46,097 nucleotides of DNA from Planctomycetota bacterium (GCA_045863855.1 BTVV01000044.1:1-46097), one strand, 5' to 3'; numbered from the stretch's first letter, positions 8,128 through 16,367 are shown. A program made the numbers and translations. The notes: generated from the letters alone by a model not told the origin.

Positions 8128-9120
8128 CTACGGCGAACAATCGCCGCCCGGCGCAGACGTCTGCGCCAAGTCGGGCGCTTCGACTGGAGACACACCGGCT
8201 TCGGCCGGCGGCGGTGACCCATCGAAATCAGTAAGGCGGAGGCCTTGGCACTGGCTTTTGAGTTCCTCGTGCAGTGCGTGAATGTCTTCTTGCGCCTGGC
8301 CGCGCAAGAAGTCGGCGAGCAGGCCGACGGCGGCGGGGTTGGTGCGGGCGAGGTCCACGTTGAATTCGGCGCGGATCTGCTTGACCACGGCTTGAGCTCG
8401 CGCGGTGGCTCGTTCGTCGATGAGGTTCGCGAAGACGATGACGAGTGCGCGGAGCATTTCGAGAACCTTGTCTGCACGGATTGCGCCGGCGAGGCGGGCC
8501 TCGCGTTCGCGTTGGACGCCGAGGGCGTTCGCGCCGGCGACGATCGCGCGGATCTTCGCTTCACTCAGCGCAACCAGGAGTTCCTTGTCGCGCAGGATCC
8601 GGCTTAGTAATTCGTGCGGATCCTTTGGGAGGGCCTCGTCGCCAAAGGGGTTGGTCGGCTCGATGCCGGCGACGGCGTCCTCGGCCCAACCCACGGGCGG
8701 GCGCATTTTCTCCGAGCCTTTCGCGGCGTGCTTGCGGATGTGCTCGAAGGCGACGGCGGGCTGGACCTGCCAGGCGCCGGCGATCTTCCTCGCGGGGAGC
8801 GCGGGCGTGCAGCGCTTCTGGCCGGCGACCCAGTAGCGGAGCCACCGTTCGGTAATACCCAACTCGCCGGCAACTTCGGCGAGGGAGGCCCAGCGCAAGG
8901 CGCGCGGGTCGAAGCCCGGGCGTGCGACCAGGGCGCCGGTTGAGTCAGGCGCTTCGGGGGGCGTGTACTTTTCGCGGATCTTGCGCACCGTGACTAGGTC
9001 TCCGTGTCCGACAGACTTCCCCTCGTCGAGGCGCACTTGAATGTTCTTCAAGATGCGCAGCTCGATCGCGTCGGCAAACGCGACGATCCGCGCGCCGTCC
9101 GCTTCACCAACCCCTTGCAT
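8128..9120 (-). CDS. Terminase small subunit-like protein (lambda Nu1-type architecture)
   Basis: HTH ASLAEVAGELGITERWLRYW..G..P followed by a coiled-coil EAKIRA...REREARLAGAIRADKV segment; lies downstream of a cos-like site. Confidence 0.65.
   Translation of the reverse strand: MQGVGEADGARIVAFADAIELRILKNIQVRLDEGKSVGHGDLVTVRKIREKYTPPEAPDSTGALVARPGFDPRALRWASLAEVAGELGITERWLRYWVAGQKRCTPALPARKIAGAWQVQPAVAFEHIRKHAAKGSEKMRPPVGWAEDAVAGIEPTNPFGDEALPKDPHELLSRILRDKELLVALSEAKIRAIVAGANALGVQREREARLAGAIRADKVLEMLRALVIVFANLIDERATARAQAVVKQIRAEFNVDLARTNPAAVGLLADFLRGQAQEDIHALHEELKSQCQGLRLTDFDGSPPPAEAGVSPVEAPDLAQTSAPGGDCSP
8151..8166. repeat. Palindrome GCGCAGACGTCTGCGC, copy 3
   Basis: Exact copy (extends to 18 bp) inside the 3' end of the terS-like gene. 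Confidence 0.85.
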
Positions 9121-9339
9121 CGTGCCGGCCCTCGGTTACGACACCGGCATCACCTGGCGGCGAGAACGGGTCGGCCGCATAAAGCTCGCGAGCGCCAACT
9201 CGCGGGTCGGGGAACTGCATCACGCCCCCGGCCGGCCTTTACCTTTCCGCCTAAAAAACAAAGGCGCGGAACGTCAACGCCTGTGTACGGCCCAATTCCT
9301 CTGGTTCCGGAACCCACTTGTCACAAAGCCGGGAGCGCC

Positions 9340-9400
9340 CACGATATTTTTTGCGCTCGATGCGCGAACCGCGGGGCCGGCACCCGGCTGGGAAGTACCT
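9340..9400 (-). other. Putative cos/packaging site
   Basis: Minus strand AGGTACTTCCCAGCCGGGTGCCGGCCCCGCGG resembles the lambda cosQ (GGGTCCT)/cosN layout; ~270 bp upstream of the terS-like gene. Confidence 0.5.
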
Positions 9401-9469
9401 ACGCATACCCCCACCCCTTGGTCAAAATGACCAAGACCAACTTCACTTCTCTTAAAAACCTTTCCCCAC

Positions 9470-9646
9470 AATGCTGGCATGTAGACATATACCCTCTGTA
9501 TCAATCGCGATCCTCGCGCACGCATGCAATGAACTGTGATGCCTACAATGCCTTCACGAGCACATCGCAAAGCGCGAAGGGCACGTAACTTAGGCACTTC
9601 TCTAAGCGCGATAAAATGCCTACACTATGCCTACACATGACTACAC
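9470..9646. repeat. Iteron-like block A (ATGCCTACAC)
   Basis: Copies at 9539, 9548, 9616, 9627, 9637; inverted copy at 9479-9488; AT-richer context. Confidence 0.7.
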
Positions 9647-10174
9647 ACTCCGCTTCAAGGACTGGGGGTTCGCGTCAAATTGGCTCGTATCGAACGCCTG
9701 CAGAAACTCTATGAAGGCATTTCCGGCCAAGTCGTACCGACTCCCCGAATGCACGCGCGCGGGCCGCAGCCAGGCCAGTCGGCCTGATCGGATATGAGCG
9801 TTGAGCCGCCTACCCACAAGGTTTGGCGTCCAGTTGCCTCCAGCGAAAGCGTTCCAAAGGTCACAGATCTCAGAAGCCCTTAAGCGCTCGCCGGGTGTCG
9901 GCCAAGCACGAACCCGAAGCCGACTGGCCGGCCCAGGCGCGCGCTCCAGCCAGGTGCGCGTGCGGAGGATATGCTCTACTAGGACGCGTTCGAACGCGCG
10001 GGCCTCGTCAAAGACCTGAGCGCCCTGCTCCGCTCCCGCAACGCGGCCAGACGACTTACGCCCAAACCCGTCTAGGATGCCATGGGCAAAGGCCTGAAGA
10101 GCGCTCTGATCGGCACGCAGTATCGCGCGAGACAGAGCACGCCCGGCAATAGCAAGGTCAACTTCTAGAGCCAT
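9641..10174 (-). CDS. Hypothetical protein with a possible C-terminal winged helix; paralog of 10314-10748
   Basis: AGRALSRAILRADQSALQAFAHGIL and VGRRLNAHIRSGRL align with the neighbouring ORF. Confidence 0.65.
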   Translation of the reverse strand: MALEVDLAIAGRALSRAILRADQSALQAFAHGILDGFGRKSSGRVAGAEQGAQVFDEARAFERVLVEHILRTRTWLERAPGPASRLRVRAWPTPGERLRASEICDLWNAFAGGNWTPNLVGRRLNAHIRSGRLAWLRPARVHSGSRYDLAGNAFIEFLQAFDTSQFDANPQSLKRSV

Positions 10175-10203
10175 ACCTTAACTCCCAATACTCACCTTAA
10201 AGA

Positions 10204-10311
10204 CTGTGACATGTGTTACACGTAACAGGCCCCCTACCTAGTCGCGCGAGCGCAGGACTACAGACTCACGCGGGATGGGGCGTAGGCTGTTACGCGTCAC
10301 ATGCGTCACAG
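10204..10311. repeat. Iteron-like block B: imperfect 25-bp inverted repeat of 9-bp periodic GTNAC units
   Basis: CTGTGACATGTGTTACACGTAACAG (10204-10228) matches the reverse complement of 10287-10311 at 20/25. Confidence 0.7.
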
Positions 10312-10313
10312 AA

Positions 10314-10748
10314 TCACGCTTTCCCCCTAATCCTTACCAACCATCCACGCATCTGCCTTCCTTCTTGGCGGCCGACAACATGCCGAACCGTCTGAAGTCG
10401 AGCCGACCTCACGAGGTGCCCAAGCCTCCGACCCGCAACGGCTACACTCATGCGCTCCCCGTAAACGGCGAAGTACAGGGCTGGCAGTTCGGTGGCGGGC
10501 ACAAATACCGCCGCCACCTTCCCCACCGCTAAGGCCCGCGCGCGAGCCACAATTCGGCGCAGTAGTTCCCGAGCCTTCGAATCCGCCGCCACCTTCACGA
10601 CTGGCACCGAAGGAACGGCGAGCCCTGCGACCAGGCCCTTGGCGAACGCCAACACGACGGCACGATCGTCCGAACGGATCGCGAAGGCCAACGAGCGGCC
10701 TGCTCGATCCGGATCGAAACGCACCATACCTTGGACCTCCTTAGTCAT
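10314..10748 (-). CDS. Hypothetical protein with a possible C-terminal winged helix; paralog of 9641-10174
   Basis: AGRSLAFAIRSDDRAVVLAFAKGLV and AGRRLGHLVRSARL align with the neighbouring ORF. Confidence 0.65.
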   Translation of the reverse strand: MTKEVQGMVRFDPDRAGRSLAFAIRSDDRAVVLAFAKGLVAGLAVPSVPVVKVAADSKARELLRRIVARARALAVGKVAAVFVPATELPALYFAVYGERMSVAVAGRRLGHLVRSARLQTVRHVVGRQEGRQMRGWLVRIRGKA

Positions 10749-10760
10749 TCAGTGGCCCTT

Positions 10761-10945
10761 GCGACGGCGTGACGCCAGCGACAGCATTTCCCTATTCATC
10801 CCGTGAGAAGAATTCCCCCGGAGTCCCTCAGTCGCTAAAATCGTGTCGATGCCGTCACGCTCTTTGGAACTCCAAAACCAACCTAGCCTTACGTAGCGAC
10901 AGCATTTTCAAACCTTCCCGTCGCGTCGTGTCGCATCCCGTCTCG
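10761..10945. repeat. Iteron-like block C (GCGAC/GTCGC units; AGCGACAGCATTT twice)
   Basis: 13-bp direct repeat at 10777 and 10895; GCGAC/GTGAC triplet at 10761-10782 faces inverted GTCGC-type units at 10919-10945. Confidence 0.6.
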
Positions 10946-10951
10946 CGGGCG

Positions 10952-11299
10952 TCACGGCCGGGCCTCTGTGGTGGCGGGGGCTGTTCGCGCGGGTAAAGCT
11001 GGCGCGGAACCCGCCGCCTCCACCATCACCGCAGACCTACGCACAGGTTTTGGCGGCTTCACAACGCGCGCCGAGACCTCAAGCCACCCGGCCGCGCCGG
11101 AAGTCGCGAAAGCATCGAGGTGCGCGTCGGCTTCGTCGGCATCTCGGGTCACGACGCGGCGCCGGTCGGGCCAGGTCAGGGTGTACTCGAAGGTGACCGA
11201 CATAAAAGGCCCCCGCCGCGAAGCTTGGCGGCTGTCGGCGGGGGCTGCGTGAACAGGCCCGGCGAGCGCCGGGACTTGGAAGATCGAAGTCCTGTTCAT
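10952..11299 (-). CDS. Hypothetical protein (start may be the internal MSVTFEY ATG)
   Basis: First ORF of the leftward transcription unit. Confidence 0.45.
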   Translation of the reverse strand: MNRTSIFQVPALAGPVHAAPADSRQASRRGPFMSVTFEYTLTWPDRRRVVTRDADEADAHLDAFATSGAAGWLEVSARVVKPPKPVRRSAVMVEAAGSAPALPARTAPATTEARP

Positions 11300-11410
11300 C
11301 GCGCCGCCGCCAACGGCTTTACAGTGGCCTGATTTACTAGGTCATGACATATTTGCAACCAGAAAAAATCTGCTTGCCCATTTCGTTAGAGCCTCCATAT
11401 CTTTAACTAC

Positions 11411-12130
11411 ATGCGCGGACAACCCTTTAAACCCATTAAGCGGCCCGGGAGAAAAGACTATCAGGTCCAGTTCTTCCACCCCTTAGAAGGCAAGTTCGTG
11501 ACCCGCGGATTGGGCACACAGGATTCCCGTGAAGCCCAGCTCGCTGCCGCAGAACTTGAAAAAATCTGCCTGAACAAACATCTCCACAGCTTGAACAATT
11601 CAATCCTGGCCGCTTTTGACTTTAGAGCCGTAAGAGCCTTCTTCGGGCGATCGGCAGACATGAACTTCTCCACCTTTGCCGAGGCCATGGCGTCTATCGT
11701 AGTGCTTTCCGCCTATAGTATTCGAGTGCAGCAATCATCTTTTTTGGTTATTGAGCAGCAAATTTCTTATAAGAATCCATCAGTCGCAAAGGACATTAAG
11801 GATGAATTTCTACTTCATCTTAGGACCGCATTATCATCTATCGGAATTATGGAGCAGTGGGGTGTTTCAAAGATCTTGGAGCAGCAGGCTCCATCACTCG
11901 CCGAGACTGCATGGACGGCACTTGCTAAGGCCGAGCAATGCTGGCGCGCGCTGCAAGAGCAAGTTGTTGTTCCAGATCGTATAGCTTATTTGTGGGATGA
12001 ATTTCAAAAGAATATGAATAGCTGTCTCGTCTGCGTAGCGGACACTTTAATGATTTCCTTCATAAGTAAATTGCATGAGCAAAAAAAGAAGCCTCGCAAT
12101 ACCAAGAAATCCCCCCGCCGAGCGCCCTGA
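11411..12130 (+). CDS. Protein with an integrase-like N-terminal (arm-binding-type) domain fused to an unknown low-GC helical domain
   Basis: YQVQFFHPLEGKFVTRGLGTQD resembles YVVRFKHPLTKRTVRAVLGERD of the element's integrase; no catalytic domain. Confidence 0.65.
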   Translation: MRGQPFKPIKRPGRKDYQVQFFHPLEGKFVTRGLGTQDSREAQLAAAELEKICLNKHLHSLNNSILAAFDFRAVRAFFGRSADMNFSTFAEAMASIVVLSAYSIRVQQSSFLVIEQQISYKNPSVAKDIKDEFLLHLRTALSSIGIMEQWGVSKILEQQAPSLAETAWTALAKAEQCWRALQEQVVVPDRIAYLWDEFQKNMNSCLVCVADTLMISFISKLHEQKKKPRNTKKSPRRAP

Positions 12131-12154
12131 ACGGGCTCCGGGGGCCGGTTCAGG
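12126..12154. terminator. Hairpin between convergent genes
   Basis: CCTGAAC...GTTCAGG stem; no clear U-tract. Confidence 0.35.
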
Positions 12155-12256
12155 CATCACGGCGCGCGGCGGGGTGGCGTGTGCTCCCTCGGGCAAGCCC
12201 CACAGGCCCGGCCGGTCCAGGCCTGTTGCAGCACCGCGGGCTTGCCGTCGGCACGC

Positions 12257-12880
12257 CTATACGTCGCGCGTCCAGCCGTACGCTCGGGCGCGTTCCTGCT
12301 CCAAGAGGTACTTCAACCCGCGTTGCGCGCTTTCCAGCCCTTTGTGGACGTAGCCGGCGCGCGACAGGCCGCGCCCCACGACCAGGCGCAACACGCCGGC
12401 GCGCCGCTCCAGCTCCCGGACCTGCCAGTAGTAGGGATGCTCAGCCACATGCCAGGCGTCGTGATCCTTGCGGGCCTTCACGTGCCCCCACAGCGGCTCC
12501 TGGAAGGGGTCGCCCCATTGCCTTTGGGCGGGGCCCAAGAGGGTATGGCACCAGGCCCGGTACGCCGCCTCGGCCAGCGGCACCGCGCCCCACAGCCGCA
12601 CGATCGTGACGGGCTTGGGCGTCTCGGCGAAGTACGCCAGCGCCCCGACGGCCGCGCGTTCGTAGAGTTCCTGGACCAGGTCCTCCAGGGGCAGGAACTG
12701 GAGCCGCTGCTTTTCGGCCTCCCACGCCGCCTCGGTCGCGCGGATCCGCGCCATGCGCTCGGCGTGCCGGCGGTACTGCTCAGCCGACCAGCCTCCGCCC
12801 TTGGAACGCGGCCGGGCCTGCTGCTCGCGCAGTTCGCGCAGCTCGGGGTGCAGCCCCTCCATCGGTTCGGGCGTGCTCAT
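12257..12880 (-). CDS. Hypothetical protein (207 aa)
   Basis: ATG at 12880 coupled (TGATG) to the upstream ORF; GC3-rich coding pattern. Confidence 0.6.
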   Translation of the reverse strand: MSTPEPMEGLHPELRELREQQARPRSKGGGWSAEQYRRHAERMARIRATEAAWEAEKQRLQFLPLEDLVQELYERAAVGALAYFAETPKPVTIVRLWGAVPLAEAAYRAWCHTLLGPAQRQWGDPFQEPLWGHVKARKDHDAWHVAEHPYYWQVRELERRAGVLRLVVGRGLSRAGYVHKGLESAQRGLKYLLEQERARAYGWTRDV

Positions 12881-13413
12881 CAGGCGAGCCCCCCTTCCCG
12901 GTCGAAGAGGTCCTCGGGGCTGGCCGGCCCGCCGTCCACCGGGATCCACCGCACGCGGCAGAGGCAACAGACGCTCCCCCGTTCGGGGTGCGACGTCCAG
13001 TTGTGCTCCCGGCTGGCCGAGGCCTTGCAGTAGAACGCGCTGTCGAGCGGGATCTCGTAGAACTCCGAGCCTCGGAGCCCGCCCGGCACGGCGTCGGGCG
13101 GCGCCGGCGGCTTGGCCGGGGTGCGCTCCGGTTCGGGCGGCGTGTTGTTCTTGCGCAGCTTCTCCCGGATCCCCGGGTGCAGCTTCTCCAGATAGGGGAA
13201 CCGGTCGAGCAGGTCCTCCCACTTGCGCAGCTCGCGCTGCGCGGCCTCCCAGTCGCGCGGAACGTCCAACGGCGAGCGTGCGGGCTCGATCGCCGTGCAG
13301 AAGCGTTGCGACCAGGCCGGGCTGGGGCGCCGGCGGCGTGAAAGGTCTTTGCGGCTTTGCGTATCTTGGGGATCGTCGGGCAGGTCCTGCGGTGCGTCGG
13401 TTGGGCGGTCCAT
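12880..13413 (-). CDS. Hypothetical protein with a Cys/His cluster
   Basis: AAAGGGG RBS; FYC...H.W...VCCLC. Confidence 0.55.
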   Translation of the reverse strand: MDRPTDAPQDLPDDPQDTQSRKDLSRRRRPSPAWSQRFCTAIEPARSPLDVPRDWEAAQRELRKWEDLLDRFPYLEKLHPGIREKLRKNNTPPEPERTPAKPPAPPDAVPGGLRGSEFYEIPLDSAFYCKASASREHNWTSHPERGSVCCLCRVRWIPVDGGPASPEDLFDREGGLA

Positions 13414-13614
13414 CGAGTGCCCCTTTCTCTGTCGAAAGGGCAGCACAGCGCCGATACCATCGGCGGGCGCGCTGCCAGTCTGTCCTGGTGGCACGTCAAG
13501 GGGCGTTGGTCGGGTTCCAGCCGGCCAGCGCCCCGCTTCTTTACGGCCGCGCGGTTCCAGCGCGCGTACGGCGGTTCATGCGATAGGCAGCCTCCTTTCC
13601 CGCTTCCCGCGGCC

Positions 13615-13971
13615 TCAAGCCACCCAGCCCAACGGCACGCCGGCCGGCGCCGCCGCGGGCGGTTCAACGCCCACGTCGCCGAACAGCTCGCCCTGAGTAC
13701 CGGGCAGGGCGTAGCGCTTCAAGAGGTTTCCGGCGGCGTCGTACAGGTTCCCGTAGCGATCGCCGGCGGGGGCCTCGTCGAGCTGCCGGGCCAGCTCAGC
13801 GGCGTGCTCGGCCAGCCAGGCCAGCACGGCGCGCGGATCGTCGCCGGCGCTGAGGGTCAGGGTCAGCTCGGTATGCCGGGCGTGCCCGTCGTTCTTGTGG
13901 AAGCCGACGCGCAGGAGCTTGCCGTAGGAGAGCGGCTCGGCGGCGACGGTGACGCGGCATTCGTGGGGCAT
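13615..13971 (-). CDS. Hypothetical protein, first gene downstream of the C4/CI-like RNA
   Basis: 118-aa ORF with GGAG RBS. Confidence 0.6.
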   Translation of the reverse strand: MPHECRVTVAAEPLSYGKLLRVGFHKNDGHARHTELTLTLSAGDDPRAVLAWLAEHAAELARQLDEAPAGDRYGNLYDAAGNLLKRYALPGTQGELFGDVGVEPPAAAPAGVPLGWVA

Positions 13972-13992
13972 GGGGCGGCTCCGAAGAAAAGA

Positions 13993-14071
13993 CTTCCCTG
14001 GGGCGGGTTAGTGAGCGTCGGTCTGGCGACCGTCGCCGCGGGCCTTTCGGCTTGCGCACCCGTCAGGGAAG
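13993..14071 (-). ncRNA. Putative C4/CI-like antisense RNA (79-nt cloverleaf)
   Basis: Closing stem CUUCCCUG/CAGGGAAG, hairpins GCC-GAAA-GGC and CGGUC-GCCA-GACCG, unpaired UCACUA complementary to upstream GGCUAGUGA (14107-14115). Confidence 0.65.
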
Positions 14072-14190
14072 AACTCGAATCCGGTTTGCGTTCCGGCGCT
14101 GCGCGGTCACTAGCCACGACGCCAAGGGCACGACCTTACCACGGCGACCGCCTGAAAAATAGGGTCTTTTTGCTGGTTTTTGCGGCCCGT

Positions 14191-14223
14191 CCTGTAAGGT
14201 ATTTTTCCGCATAGGGTTACAGG
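14191..14223. promoter_or_regulatory. Inverted repeat CCTGTAA-N19-TTACAGG in a divergent promoter region
   Basis: Seen directly; the right half (ATAGGGTTAC) resembles the arm-site motif. Confidence 0.4.
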
Positions 14224-14239
14224 TTGGGAGGACGATTGC

Positions 14240-14911
14240 ATGAGCGTGGGAGAGACGGCTGTTGTTGCTATTGCGGTGAAGAAATTCCTTGGACTCATTG
14301 TTCCCAAGGAGATCGCAGACGAAGCAATCGGCATGGGCGTCGACGTAATGCGCTCGTACCGCACCAAGCTTGGGGTGGTCTTAGTGAAAGACGTGAGCGA
14401 CTATTTTGCAAAGAAAGGCATTGATCCACGGCAAGTGCCCGTGCGCTTCTTCGCGCCCTACCTCGAGCACGCCACGCTTCACGATGAACCCGACTTGCAC
14501 GAACGGTGGGTTGCGCTGCTTCGTAACGCCGCAGATCCCAATTTTAAGGAAGATGTGCGACCGGATTTTCCGTTCGTGCTCAGCCAACTTTCGGCAAAGG
14601 AGGTGAGCCTCTTGGACCATCTCCATTTCCTCACGGTTGAAGCCGCTCAAGTTGCGGCAGAACAGTGGGGCGAATGCGGCATCGGTATCGAAGAGGTATT
14701 GTCCCATTGTCGCCCTGGGACTCGCGATCTCGGTGTGCTCTACATGGATAACCTGATGCGGCTTGGCCTTGCGGCGCCAGGCGGGCACTCGTTTAAGAAC
14801 CTTGTTACGGGAATGCAAAAGGTGGGGAACATCGGACGTAGAACGCTTTCCCTAACCAGTTACGGCGCGGCTTTCGTGCGAGCATGCCACACGCCCAAGG
14901 ACGCGAGCTGA
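14240..14911 (+). CDS. Abi-alpha / DUF4393-like protein
   Basis: P..FFAPYLE.A.L.DEPDL.ERW..LL.NA, F..VLSQLS..E..LL, DNL.RLGL, LTSYG.AFV.AC. Confidence 0.75.
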   Translation: MSVGETAVVAIAVKKFLGLIVPKEIADEAIGMGVDVMRSYRTKLGVVLVKDVSDYFAKKGIDPRQVPVRFFAPYLEHATLHDEPDLHERWVALLRNAADPNFKEDVRPDFPFVLSQLSAKEVSLLDHLHFLTVEAAQVAAEQWGECGIGIEEVLSHCRPGTRDLGVLYMDNLMRLGLAAPGGHSFKNLVTGMQKVGNIGRRTLSLTSYGAAFVRACHTPKDAS

Positions 14912-14918
14912 GGCGCCT

Positions 14919-15524
14919 ATGCCGTCCTGCGTTCACGGTCAATCGGCAGGCCTGGGGCAGTTCGGGGCCTGCGGCCAGGTCTTGGCCAGCGCGTCCGTTT
15001 ACCACGTCTCGCTTCAGGCGCTCCCCATCGGCATGGTGCTGGACGGTTCTACCAGCCGACACGGCAGCTTCTTCCTCGAGCCTGTGCCGCCACAATTCGC
15101 CGGCGACGCCAAGTTCCTGCGCTATCGACGGGTGGAGCATGCCCTCGAAGCGGTTCGAACCGCGCACTTCCAAGAGCGGCCGTCACGCCAGGCTTGCCGG
15201 TTCGCGTTCACTTGCCCGAGCTGCGCTCGGACCTTTCGCGACAAGAGCCGGAAGGCCGGCCATGTGTACGAGGTGGAACCTCTGAACGCGGCTGCGGCGT
15301 GCTTCGTGGGCGACATGGAGCTACGCAACTGCTCCTTTGCCTTGACGGGCCTGAGCGCCGCGGAACGGCTCGCGCGCGGCCTGGAAGCGGACGAAGGCGT
15401 AGCGGTTTCCATCCTTGCGGTTTCGTATTGGAGCGGTGGCGCGGCGCGCGACCTGGGCGGATCCCTGCCCGTGGCCGAAGTGTTGGTCGCCGGCGCATTG
15501 ACGGTGAGCCGTGCAATAGACTGA
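14919..15524 (+). CDS. DUF2441-like / ADP-ribosyltransferase-fold protein (Arr-like)
   Basis: YH.S, E..LE.VR..HF.ERPSR..C.FAF, VYEVE, YW.G, EVLV.G. Confidence 0.55.
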   Translation: MPSCVHGQSAGLGQFGACGQVLASASVYHVSLQALPIGMVLDGSTSRHGSFFLEPVPPQFAGDAKFLRYRRVEHALEAVRTAHFQERPSRQACRFAFTCPSCARTFRDKSRKAGHVYEVEPLNAAAACFVGDMELRNCSFALTGLSAAERLARGLEADEGVAVSILAVSYWSGGAARDLGGSLPVAEVLVAGALTVSRAID

Positions 15525-15532
15525 AGGCCCCT

Positions 15533-15544
15533 GCAGACGTCTGC
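15533..15544. repeat. Palindrome core GCAGACGTCTGC, copy 4
   Basis: Starts 9 nt after the stop of the ART-like gene. Confidence 0.8.
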
Positions 15545-15591
15545 GCCGTGGCACGGCGCGGCCTGCAGCCGATTAACAAAGGAGGTCAAGC

Positions 15592-15879
15592 ATGCAGTCG
15601 AAAATCGAAAGGGCCATTCGGAAGAAACTCAAGGTAGAGTTTCAGTACGGGAGCGCCAAGCGCGAATGCAATCCTCACGTGTTGGGCATGCAGAATAAAA
15701 ACCTCATGGTCCTATGCTGGCAGACCGGAGGCAGAAGTACCAGCGGTTCGCTCCCCGACTGGCGGCTATTCAAGCTATCGGAAATCAGTAGGCTCAAGGT
15801 TCTCGAAGACAAGTTCACGCCAACCCGCTCAGGCGGCCGCACCTACAAGTGGGAAAGCGTACTCGCGAGCGTGACTTGA
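15592..15879 (+). CDS. Stand-alone WYL-domain protein
   Basis: AIRKK..VEFQY....R..NPH.LG.....VLCWQ.......WRLFKLSEI..L.VL...F; AAGGAGG RBS. Confidence 0.8.
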   Translation: MQSKIERAIRKKLKVEFQYGSAKRECNPHVLGMQNKNLMVLCWQTGGRSTSGSLPDWRLFKLSEISRLKVLEDKFTPTRSGGRTYKWESVLASVT

Positions 15880-15895
15880 CGGCCAAGCCTTCGGC

Positions 15896-15911
15896 GCGCA
15901 GACGTCTGCGC
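15896..15911. repeat. Palindrome GCGCAGACGTCTGCGC, copy 5
   Basis: Exact; overlaps the TAG of the 15911-16255 gene. Confidence 0.85.
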
Positions 15912-16255
15912 TACCGCGAGCTGAACATGGCGAGTAGTGCTTCCAACGCGCCGGCGTCCTGCGTAATGGGCAATTCGATTTCGGCGCCGCCCGGATCCTG
16001 CTCGGCCTGGTGTTCCAGATCCGTGGCCTTCACGACGGCTTGTACCTGCAGCGGTTTATCCGTATAGGTGAGCAGAATAGGCCGTATCGTGTAGCGGTTG
16101 CCCGGAAGTGGCTCCGCCAAACTTTGGGCCGCGCGGCCGTGGATCTTCAAGATCAAGGTAAAACGCGTACCTCGGGGACTCGTTAGCTGCAAGTCCTGGG
16201 TCCAGTTATCCATCGCCGGCGGCCTGGGAATCCTGAAGACGATCGACATAGCCAC
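15911..16255 (-). CDS. Hypothetical protein
   Basis: GGAGG RBS before the GTG start; 114 aa. Confidence 0.55.
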   Translation of the reverse strand: MAMSIVFRIPRPPAMDNWTQDLQLTSPRGTRFTLILKIHGRAAQSLAEPLPGNRYTIRPILLTYTDKPLQVQAVVKATDLEHQAEQDPGGAEIELPITQDAGALEALLAMFSSR

Positions 16256-16351
16256 ACCTCCGCGGTCGCCCCGAGCCCGCCTCGTGGCACCACCCGGAAC
16301 AAACCATTTTTCAGGCTGAAGGCAATAAGAAGGGGTGCACGTCGGGAACGC

Positions 16352-16367
16352 GCTCAGACGGCTGCGC
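16352..16367. repeat. Degenerate palindrome copy 6 (GCTCAGACGGCTGCGC, 14/16)
   Basis: Overlaps the toxin stop codon in the same way as copy 5. Confidence 0.6.

Noticed and set aside
9470..10945. CRISPR array interpretation of the short repeats
   Set aside because: Units are 5-13 bp, irregularly spaced and partly inverted, with no spacer periodicity and no cas genes.
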